Shown here piece after piece: positions 54,743 to 62,759 of a DNA stretch of 64,000 bases. The notes beneath the pieces are model-generated. The model did not search any database. It was not told the origin of the DNA and was given only the letters and a program-made list of their open reading frames with translations. Positions within the stretch are counted from its first letter, which is position 1, and the number at the start of each line of letters is the position of its first letter. The stretch is from contig CAZCTH010000001.1 in the NCBI GenBank assembly GCA_964501435.1, forward strand, positions 2,656 to 66,655, in the 5' to 3' direction. Position numbers and translations under genes: made by a program. Source of the DNA: an uncultured Spirochaetales bacterium. GTDB lineage: Bacteria > Myxococcota_A > UBA9160 > UBA6930.

Positions 54743-55873
54743 ATGCAGTTCAGCTTCACGGATGAGCAGGAGGAGTTCCGGCGCTCGGTCCGGCGCTTTC
54801 TTCAGGATCGCTCGCCCATCTCCGAAGTGCGCCGGCTCATGGAGACCGAGACCGGCTACGACGCCGGCGTCTGGAAGGAGCTGTGTCAGGGGCTCGGCCT
54901 GACCGGCGTTCACGTGCCCGAGACCTACGGCGGCCAAGGCTTCGGCTTCGTCGAACTCGGCATTGCGCTCGAGGAGATGGGCCGCGCCCTCCTGTGCGCG
55001 CCGTACTTTGCGTCGGCCGTGCTCGCGACCGGCGCGATCCTGAACGCCGCCGAAGAAGCGCAGAAACGACGGCTGCTCGCGCCGATCCTCGCAGGCGACG
55101 CGATTGCGACGCTCGCCGTCGCAGAGCCGGCCGGGCGCTGGGACGCCGAGGCCAGCGAGCTGGTCGCCACACGCGATGGCAGCGCGTTTCTCCTGAACGG
55201 CGTGAAGAGCTTCGTGCTCGACGGCTTGCGGGCCGACGCGATCGTCGTCGCAGGGCGCGCGCCGGGCTCGAGCGGGGCGCAAGGCCTCTCCCTGTTCGTC
55301 GTCGCGGGAGACGCCGCGGGCCTCGAGCGGCGGCCGCTCTCGAGCCTCGACGCCACGCGCAAGCTCGCGCGCCTCGAGCTTTCCGGCGTGCGCGCCGAGG
55401 TGTTAGGGGAGCCCGGCGCCGCCGCTGCGGCGCTGTCGCGGACGCTCGACGAAGCGGCCGTCGCGCTCGCGAACGAGATGGTGGGCGGCGCGCAGCGCGT
55501 GCTCGAGACGACGGTCGAGTACGCGAAGACGCGCATGCAGTTCGGGCGCCCCATCGGCTCCTTCCAGGCGATCAAGCACAAGTGCGCGGATCTCCTGCTG
55601 GACGTCGAGCACGCGAAGTCCGCGGCCTACGCGGCGGCCTCGGCGGTGGCCGAAGGGCATGGCGACGCTCCGGCGTTCGCCTCGCTCGCCAAGGCGTGCG
55701 CCTCCGACGCTTATCTGCGCGCGGCGTCCGACAGCATCCAGATCCACGGCGGTGTGGGCTTCACATGGGAGAGCGACTGTCACCTCTACTTCAAGCGCGC
55801 CAAGTGCAGCGAAGCGTTCCTCGGGCTCCCCCACGAGCACCGCGAGCGGTTCCTGCGGCGCTCGGGAATCTGA
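54743..55873 (+). CDS. acyl-CoA dehydrogenase family protein (pair 1, subunit A)
   Basis: ATG at 54743 follows GGAGGAG. MQFSFTDEQEEFRRSVRRFL.. with C-terminal IQIHGGVGFTWE. Confidence 0.85.
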   Translation: MQFSFTDEQEEFRRSVRRFLQDRSPISEVRRLMETETGYDAGVWKELCQGLGLTGVHVPETYGGQGFGFVELGIALEEMGRALLCAPYFASAVLATGAILNAAEEAQKRRLLAPILAGDAIATLAVAEPAGRWDAEASELVATRDGSAFLLNGVKSFVLDGLRADAIVVAGRAPGSSGAQGLSLFVVAGDAAGLERRPLSSLDATRKLARLELSGVRAEVLGEPGAAAAALSRTLDEAAVALANEMVGGAQRVLETTVEYAKTRMQFGRPIGSFQAIKHKCADLLLDVEHAKSAAYAAASAVAEGHGDAPAFASLAKACASDAYLRAASDSIQIHGGVGFTWESDCHLYFKRAKCSEAFLGLPHEHRERFLRRSGI

Positions 55874-55883
55874 AGGAGCAGCG

Positions 55884-57140
55884 ATGAGCGAGACCAGCGA
55901 AGCGTTCGTGCGCGCCGAGGTGCGCGACTGGCTGGGCACCCAGTGGAGCCCGAGCCTCAGCCTACGCGAATGGCGAAGTCGGCTCGCCGACTCGGGCTGG
56001 GGCTGTCCAACGTGGCCGAGGGAATGGCACGGGCAGGGCCTGCCCGTTGCGCTCGCGGACGTGGTGAACGAGGAGTTCCGCAAGGCGGGCGCGATCGGGA
56101 TTCCGCAGGGTCCGGGGCCGACGCTCGCAGGGGCGACGCTGCTCGAGCACGCGAACGACGGGCAGAAGCGCCGCTTCCTGCGTCGAATTGTCACGGGCGA
56201 GGACACCTGGTGTCAGCTGTTCAGCGAGCCGGGTAGCGGATCGGATCTCGCCGGACTCACCACGCGCGCCGATCGCGACGGCGACGAGTGGATCGTCAAC
56301 GGGCAGAAGGTTTGGACGACGAGCGCGCACCACGCGCGCTACGGGATGCTGCTCGCGCGCACGAACTGGGACGTTCCCAAGCACCGGGGCATCACCTTCT
56401 TCGTGATCGACATGCAGCAGAGCGGCGTGGTCGTTCGCCCGCTGCGCCAGATGAACGGCCACGCCTCGTTCAACGAGGTGTTCTTCACCGACGCGCGCAT
56501 CTCGGCGGACAACGTGGTTGGCGAGGTCGGCCAAGGCTGGACCGTCGCGCTCGCCACCCTCGCACACGAGCGCCGGCTCGCCGACGGCATGCGCTCGCTC
56601 GGCCAAGCGCCGCGCACGTCGGGCCGCGTTTTCGACGAGTATCGCGCCGAGACCGCATCCGTGATGGAGCCGTACAAGTGGTATCCGCAGCGCGCCGGCC
56701 GGCCGGATCTCGTGGTCGCACGCGCGAAGGCGACGGGCCGAGATCGCGATCCGGTCGTGCGCCAGGCGATCGCGAAGGTCTTGATCCTCGCGCGCTCGGC
56801 CGAATGGACCGCGCAGCGCGCGCGCGCTGCGCGCGTGCTGGGCCGCCCACCTGGGCCGGAGGGCAGCTTGGGCAAGCTCGCTGCCAGCCACGTCGCGCGC
56901 GCTGCGGCCGACGCGCACACGCTGATCGCGGGTGCCGACGCGATGCTCGCGCGCGGCGACAGCCCCGAGGGCGGCGTGATCGGCGAGGTGCTCATCTCGG
57001 TACCGGCCGTGTCGATCGCGGGCGGCACAGACGAGATCCAGCGGAACATTTTGGGGGAGCGTGTGCTCGGCCTCCCCAAAGAACCGGCGGATGACGCCGG
57101 GCGGCCCTTCCGCGACGTGCCGAAGAACCTCGCGAGGTAG
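55884..57140 (+). CDS. acyl-CoA dehydrogenase family protein (pair 1, subunit B)
   Basis: ATG at 55884 follows GAAGGAG. QLFSEPGSGSDLAGLTTRA, WIVNGQKVWTS and IAGGTDEIQRNILGERVLGLP. Confidence 0.88.
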   Translation: MSETSEAFVRAEVRDWLGTQWSPSLSLREWRSRLADSGWGCPTWPREWHGQGLPVALADVVNEEFRKAGAIGIPQGPGPTLAGATLLEHANDGQKRRFLRRIVTGEDTWCQLFSEPGSGSDLAGLTTRADRDGDEWIVNGQKVWTTSAHHARYGMLLARTNWDVPKHRGITFFVIDMQQSGVVVRPLRQMNGHASFNEVFFTDARISADNVVGEVGQGWTVALATLAHERRLADGMRSLGQAPRTSGRVFDEYRAETASVMEPYKWYPQRAGRPDLVVARAKATGRDRDPVVRQAIAKVLILARSAEWTAQRARAARVLGRPPGPEGSLGKLAASHVARAAADAHTLIAGADAMLARGDSPEGGVIGEVLISVPAVSIAGGTDEIQRNILGERVLGLPKEPADDAGRPFRDVPKNLAR

Positions 57141-57217
57141 GCCGGCCAGCCGGCGGAAAATTCACGCCGCGCACGCGCGGGCAGCGCTGCGGCTGTTTGT
57201 TACGGGCGCGACGCAGC

Positions 57218-58423
57218 TCAGCTCGGTGGGCGGCGGTCCTTCGGCAGCCCCAGGCCGCGTTCGGCGATGATATTGCGCTGGATGTGCGCCGTGCCGCCGC
57301 CGATGTGGAGGCCGAGCGCCCACATGCCCTGACTGATCCAGCCGCCGCTGCCCGACGGCGCTGCAGACATGAGGTGCTCCTTCTGGCCCGGCGCCGCGAG
57401 GCCGTCCGCTTCGAGCAGCTCGAGGGCGAGGCGTGAGACGCGCAGCGAGATCTGCGTCGAGTTGAGCTTGTTCATCAGCATGACGGAGCCTGGATGCTGT
57501 CGCCGCGCCGCGGCGGTCATCTGGCGCCACATCGACGTGCGCTGCGCGAGCACCTCGGCCTCGATCTCGACGAGCTGCTGCCGCACGCCGGGATCCTCGA
57601 TCGCGGGCCGCCCGGCGCGCTTGCGGTCGCGCGCCAGCGCGACCAGGCTCTCGAATAGCACGCGCTGAAAGTCGGCGTCGCCGATCATGTTGCGCTCGTG
57701 CTTGAGCGTCGTGTTGGCGATCTTCCACCCCTCGCCGCGGGCGCCGACGAGATTCTCCTTGGGCGCTCGCACGTCGGTGAAGAACACCTCGTTGAAGTCC
57801 GCGGTGCCGGTCATCTGGCGCAGCGGACGCACTTCGAGCCCTGGCGTCTTCATGTCGATCAGCAGATACGAGATACCGGCGTGCTTCGGGGCGTCGGGCT
57901 CGGTGCGACAGAGGCAGAACATCCAGTGCGCCTCGTGCGCGAGGCTCGTCCAGATCTTTTGCCCGTTGATCACCCAATGATCGCCGCGCAGCTCCGCGCG
58001 CGTGCGGAGCGACGCGAGGTCGCTGCCGGCGCCGGGCTCGCTGTAGCCCTGACACCAGACGAGTTCGCCGAGGAGCGTCGGGGGCACGAAGCGCTCGCAC
58101 TGTGCGGGAGTCCCATGCTCGAGCAGCGTGGGAATCAGCATCGCCGTGCCCGATCCGCGCACCTCGGACGGCGCGCCCGCTCGCGCCACCTCCTCGGCGA
58201 TGATCGCTGCTTTGAGCACGTCGGGCGCCTGCTCGGAACCGCCGTAGCGGCGCGGCACACCGCGCGCGTAATAACCCGCTTCCGTGGCGCGCTGCCGGAA
58301 GAGCCGGGCCTGCGCGGGCGCGGAGAGCGAACCTTCGGCTCCCGAGAGCGGCCAGTGGGTCTTCAGGAACGCCCGCAACTCGCCGCGAAATGTCTCGTAG
58401 GCCTCGCTGTACCGGAGATCCAT
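57218..58423 (-). CDS. acyl-CoA dehydrogenase family protein (pair 2, subunit B)
   Basis: Start moved to the ATG at 58423 (MDLRYSEAYETFRGEL..). QGYSEPGAGSDLASLRTRA, WVINGQKIWTS and IGGGTAHIQRNIIAERGLGLP. Confidence 0.88.
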   Translation of the reverse strand: MDLRYSEAYETFRGELRAFLKTHWPLSGAEGSLSAPAQARLFRQRATEAGYYARGVPRRYGGSEQAPDVLKAAIIAEEVARAGAPSEVRGSGTAMLIPTLLEHGTPAQCERFVPPTLLGELVWCQGYSEPGAGSDLASLRTRAELRGDHWVINGQKIWTSLAHEAHWMFCLCRTEPDAPKHAGISYLLIDMKTPGLEVRPLRQMTGTADFNEVFFTDVRAPKENLVGARGEGWKIANTTLKHERNMIGDADFQRVLFESLVALARDRKRAGRPAIEDPGVRQQLVEIEAEVLAQRTSMWRQMTAAARRQHPGSVMLMNKLNSTQISLRVSRLALELLEADGLAAPGQKEHLMSAAPSGSGGWISQGMWALGLHIGGGTAHIQRNIIAERGLGLPKDRRPPS

Positions 58424-58433
58424 GGTTCCTCGC

Positions 58434-59507
58434 TCACCAGCCCGCGAGCTGCGCACAGCTCTCGCGCAGCGCAGTCGGCGTTCCGAACAACACGCGATCC
58501 ACGAGCGCGCGCCGATACCAGAGGTGCACGTCGCACTCCCAGGTGAAGCCGATGCCGCCGTGGAGCTCGATTGCCTTGCGCGCCGTTTCGAGGTAGCGGT
58601 CCGTGAGGTGCGCCTTCGCGAGCGCCGCGAGCCGCTCCGCCTCGTTCGGGAATGCGTCCCACGCGTGCGCCGCGTACCAGAAGAGGCCACGCGAGGGCTC
58701 GGTGCGCAGCGCGAGGTCGGCGAGGTCGTGCTTCACGGCTTGAAACTGCGCGATCGACTGCCCGAACTGTTCGCGTGTGCGGGCGTAGGCGACGGACATC
58801 TCGACGAGTCGCTGCGAGCCGCCAAACGCGTCCGCGGCGAGCAGCACACGTGCCGCGTCGCGCACGCGCGCGGCGGCTCCCTTCGCTCGCGCAAGCGGCT
58901 CACAGGGCGCGCGGTCGAGGCGGAGGGTGGCGAGCGACCGCGTGCGATCCGCGCTCTCTTCGGCCGACACCGATGCGGCACCGCGCTCGACGATGGCCAG
59001 CCGGTCTCCCTTCGCCGCGACGACGATCACGTCGGCGAGCTCGCCCGCTGGGACCCGGCAGAGCACGCCGCTCGCACGCCCGCGCTCGATTCGCGTGCGA
59101 GTGGAAGCGGGCGCGATCCCGCCGCTCGCGTCTTCGAGGGCGACGGTCCCGATGAGTTCGCCTGCCGCGAGCGGTCCGAGCCAGCGTTTGCACTGCGCGT
59201 CACTGCCCGCGAGCGAGATAGCGAGGCCCGCGAGGCTGTGGCCGAGGAACGGCCCCGGCGCCGCGCTCTCGCCCAACACCTCGGCGATCAACGCGGCATC
59301 GAGCAGCTCGAGGCCGGCGCCGCCCCAGCGCTCGGGGATCAGCAGGCCGCCGAGCCCGAGCTGACAACTGCTCTTCCACAGCTCCGGCGCGTGCCCTGCG
59401 CCGCTCTCGAAGGTGCGGCGCACCACGGCGGGCGAGCATTCGCGAGCGTGAAGCTCGCGGGCGGATTGCTGGAGTAGGAGCTGCTCGTCCGAGAGTCCGA
59501 AGTCCAA
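58434..59507 (-). CDS. acyl-CoA dehydrogenase family protein (pair 2, subunit A)
   Basis: MDFGLSDEQLLLQQSARELH.. with C-terminal IELHGGIGFTWE. It ends 10 nt before the next ACAD start. Confidence 0.85.
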   Translation of the reverse strand: MDFGLSDEQLLLQQSARELHARECSPAVVRRTFESGAGHAPELWKSSCQLGLGGLLIPERWGGAGLELLDAALIAEVLGESAAPGPFLGHSLAGLAISLAGSDAQCKRWLGPLAAGELIGTVALEDASGGIAPASTRTRIERGRASGVLCRVPAGELADVIVVAAKGDRLAIVERGAASVSAEESADRTRSLATLRLDRAPCEPLARAKGAAARVRDAARVLLAADAFGGSQRLVEMSVAYARTREQFGQSIAQFQAVKHDLADLALRTEPSRGLFWYAAHAWDAFPNEAERLAALAKAHLTDRYLETARKAIELHGGIGFTWECDVHLWYRRALVDRVLFGTPTALRESCAQLAGW

Positions 59508-59528
59508 CTCGATCCTCCTCCTGGCAGC

Positions 59529-60599
59529 TCAGCTGCGCGGGGCAGCATCGGCTTGCGCCACCGCGGCGGCGGCGCGCGCGCTTCCGCCCGCGGAGAGGCG
59601 CGCCAACGCGTGGGTCGTCTCGGTGACGAGCCGCTCGACGATCTCTCCCGCCGGCCGCACGTCCCGAATCACGGCGGCAGACTGGCCGGCCGCGAGCGCG
59701 CCGATCTCGACGTCGCCCTCGCGCCGACCCGCGATGTAGGGATCCTTGCCCAGCCACTTCCCGATCACCCCGAACTGGCGTGGGAAGGGGAGGATCTGCG
59801 CCTGCAGCTCAGGCGCCTCCCACGCGGAGGTAGTGCGATTGCGAATGACCCGGCAGGGCTTGCCGCTGAAGCAGCGCGTGCGGATCGTGCCCTCGTCGTC
59901 GATCTCGACCACGCGCTGCTTGTAGTTGTCGTGCGAATAGGCCTCAGCGCTCGCGATGAAGCGAGTGCCGAGCCATACGCCCACGGCCCCCAGCGCGAAC
60001 GCCGCTGCGATCTGGCGCCCATCCGCGATGCCGCCCGCGGCGACGACCGGGACGTCGACGGCGTCGACGATTGCCGGCACGAGCGCGAGCGTCCCGACCC
60101 GTCCCGTGTGCCCGCCGCCGTCGTAGCCCTGGGCGACGACGACGTCGACGCCGCTGCGCGCGACGCGGCGCGCGTTGCGCGTGTTGCCGACGAGCGCGAG
60201 CACCTTCATCCCGAGCGAGTGCGCGGTCGGCACCGCCGGCCCTGGGTCGCCGAGGCCGCTCGCGAGCACCGCCACACGCTCCTCGAAGACGACGTCGAGC
60301 TGACGCTCCACCTCGCTCGTGAAACGGACCGTGGCGGCATCGCTCTGTGGCCTGCCGACGGTCGCGAACAGGATGTCGACGCCGAACGGGCGGTCCGTCG
60401 CGTCCTTGACCTTGCGGATCTCCTCGCGCAGCTCGGCGGCGCTCAGCGATGCGGCACCGATTACACCGAGGCCGCCCGCCCGCGAGACCGCGGCGCACAG
60501 ATCGGCGCGCGCGACGTAGCCCATGCCCGCCTGCAGGATCGGGTGACGAATCCCCAACACGTCACAGAGGGGCGTCGCGATCGGCGAGGGCGTGGACAC
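59529..60599 (-). CDS. nitronate monooxygenase (NMO) family protein
   Basis: LGIRHPILQAGMGYVARADLCAAVSRAGGLGVIG and AAGGIADGRQIAAAFALGAVGVWLGTRF. Start is uncertain (GTG 60599 or ATG 60689). Confidence 0.82.
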   Translation of the reverse strand: MSTPSPIATPLCDVLGIRHPILQAGMGYVARADLCAAVSRAGGLGVIGAASLSAAELREEIRKVKDATDRPFGVDILFATVGRPQSDAATVRFTSEVERQLDVVFEERVAVLASGLGDPGPAVPTAHSLGMKVLALVGNTRNARRVARSGVDVVVAQGYDGGGHTGRVGTLALVPAIVDAVDVPVVAAGGIADGRQIAAAFALGAVGVWLGTRFIASAEAYSHDNYKQRVVEIDDEGTIRTRCFSGKPCRVIRNRTTSAWEAPELQAQILPFPRQFGVIGKWLGKDPYIAGRREGDVEIGALAAGQSAAVIRDVRPAGEIVERLVTETTHALARLSAGGSARAAAAVAQADAAPRS

Positions 60600-60809
60600 G
60601 GCGTGCGCTCCGAGTGTCGTACGAGCCCGGTGAGAGGCTCCGGCGCACGTTACCACCGCGGTTTCCGATATGACAACGACGGCTTCCAATCAGAAACGCA
60701 GGCGACCGACGGTCCGATGCGGGTGCTTGTGTATCCGATCGGAAACAGCGTACTCTCATCGGGCCGGAGCGGGCGCTCGCATCCGGGGCCGACCTGAAAC
60801 GGAGGCGAG

Positions 60810-61715
60810 ATGGCGAGACTGTGCGAAGGGCGAATCGTGATCGTGACGGGCGCGGGGCGAGGCATCGGCCGCGAGCACGCGCTCGAGTTCGCCCGCCAGG
60901 GCGCGCGCGTCGTGGTGAACGACCTCGGCGGTGCGGTGGACGGAACGGGTACTTCCACGTCGCCGGCGATGGAGGTGGCGGAAGAGATCCGCAAGGCCGG
61001 CGGGGAAGCAGTCGCAAGCAGCGACGACATCTCCGACTACACGGGTGCGCAGCGGCTGATCGAAGCGGCGGTCCGCACGTTCGGTGGCCTCGACGTGCTG
61101 GTCTGCAACGCGGGCATCTTGCGCGACCGCATGCTCGTCAACATGGAGGAAGCCGAGTGGGACGCCGTGATGCGCGTGCACCTGAAGGGCACGTTCGCCC
61201 CTGCGCGTCACGCCGCGGCCTATTGGCGCGAGCGCCACAAGGCGGGCAAGCCGGCCGACGCGCGCATCATCACCACGAGCTCAGCCTCGGGTCTGTTCGC
61301 GAATCCGGGGCAGACGAACTACGCCGCAGCGAAGGCGGGCATCGCCGCCTTCACGCTCGTCGCGGCCAAGGAGCTCGAGCGTTACGGCATCACGGCAAAC
61401 TGCATCGCCCCGGGCGCGCGCACGCGCATGACGACGCCGCTCGGCTTCGGCGGAGCTGAGCCCAAGGGCGGCTTCGACCCATTCTCACCCGAGAACATCT
61501 CCCCCCTCGTGGTCTGGCTCGGCAGCAGCGAATCGCGCGGCATCACCGGGCGCGTCTTCGAGGTGATGGGCGGGCGCATCGGAGTGGCAAACGGCTGGAC
61601 CCGCGGACCCGAGGCGCACGTCGACCGGCGCTGGGACCCCAGTGAGGTCGGCGGTGTGGTGCACGACCTGCTGGTCAAGGCGCCTGCGCCCGAGCCGGTA
61701 TTCCGGCCGAGGTAG
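60810..61715 (+). CDS. short-chain dehydrogenase/reductase (SDR)
   Basis: VTGAGRGIGRE cofactor motif and the catalytic Ser...YAAAK (YxxxK) motif. Confidence 0.88.
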   Translation: MARLCEGRIVIVTGAGRGIGREHALEFARQGARVVVNDLGGAVDGTGTSTSPAMEVAEEIRKAGGEAVASSDDISDYTGAQRLIEAAVRTFGGLDVLVCNAGILRDRMLVNMEEAEWDAVMRVHLKGTFAPARHAAAYWRERHKAGKPADARIITTSSASGLFANPGQTNYAAAKAGIAAFTLVAAKELERYGITANCIAPGARTRMTTPLGFGGAEPKGGFDPFSPENISPLVVWLGSSESRGITGRVFEVMGGRIGVANGWTRGPEAHVDRRWDPSEVGGVVHDLLVKAPAPEPVFRPR

Positions 61716-61717
61716 CC

Positions 61718-62737
61718 GTGCCGAACGCCCCGCTTGCGTGCCAGCGCTACGGCCGCGTGCTGCGGATTCCTACGCCGACGGTATTCGCCGTCGGCGACAT
61801 CAACGTCTACGTGATCCTTCCCGAGGGAGGCCGCGGTGGCCCCATCCTGATCGACACGGGGGTTCGCACGGACGCCGCGTGGGCTGCGCTCGAGTCCGGC
61901 CTCGGCGCGCACGGCTTCAAGGTGCGCGATCTCGAGCTCGTGCTGCTGACCCACGCGCATCCCGATCACTTCGGCCAGGCCGCGCGCATCCGCCGCGCGG
62001 CGGGCTGTGAGGTGTGGCTCCACGAGGACGCAGGGCATTCACTCGCCCGCTTCAGCGGCGATTCACTCACGGGCGAGCGGCTCGAGGTCGCGCGCCATCA
62101 CATGCGCGCATGGGGCGTGCCCGAGGAGCGCACGGGAGACGTGCGCGGCTCGTCGGACGCGAGCGCGGTCGTCGATCCGCTCGAGCCGGATCGCTGGCTC
62201 ACCGATGGCGACCTGATCGACATTCCGGGCTTTCGGCTGCGCACGGTGCACACGCCCGGCCACTGTCCGGAGCAGGTGGTCTTCGTGCAGGAGGAGCAGC
62301 GTCTCGCGTTCTCCGGCGATCATCTGCTCCCCGACATCACGCCCGTGTGCCTGATCCAGTTTCCCGATCGCATCGAGGATCCGCGCAAGCCGAGCCTGCT
62401 CGAGTACGAGCGTTCGCTCACGAAAGCTGACGCGCTTGCGCTCTCGCTCGTGTTTCCGAGCCATGGAGACGTCATCACCGACGCGCCCGGACTGATCGCG
62501 TCCTACCGGCGCCACATCGAGAGCCGAAGGCACAAGGTCGAGAGCGCGCTCCGCGAGGCCGAGCTCACGGCCTACGCGCTCGCGGAAGCTCTCTTCGGAC
62601 GCGCGGTCGAGAGTCAGCTCTTGCTCGTCATGTCCGAGGTCGTGGGCCACCTCGATTCGCTCATCGCCGACGGCCGAGTCGTCGAGCGCGCGCGGAGTGG
62701 CGTGCGCTTCTACTCGTGCCGCGATTCCTCTGACTGA
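61718..62737 (+). CDS. metallo-beta-lactamase-fold hydrolase
   Basis: LLTHAHPDHFG (HxHxDH) with later HTPGH and PSHGD ligand motifs. Confidence 0.85.
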   Translation: MPNAPLACQRYGRVLRIPTPTVFAVGDINVYVILPEGGRGGPILIDTGVRTDAAWAALESGLGAHGFKVRDLELVLLTHAHPDHFGQAARIRRAAGCEVWLHEDAGHSLARFSGDSLTGERLEVARHHMRAWGVPEERTGDVRGSSDASAVVDPLEPDRWLTDGDLIDIPGFRLRTVHTPGHCPEQVVFVQEEQRLAFSGDHLLPDITPVCLIQFPDRIEDPRKPSLLEYERSLTKADALALSLVFPSHGDVITDAPGLIASYRRHIESRRHKVESALREAELTAYALAEALFGRAVESQLLLVMSEVVGHLDSLIADGRVVERARSGVRFYSCRDSSD

Positions 62738-62759
62738 TCTGCGCGAAGGAGACGACGCC

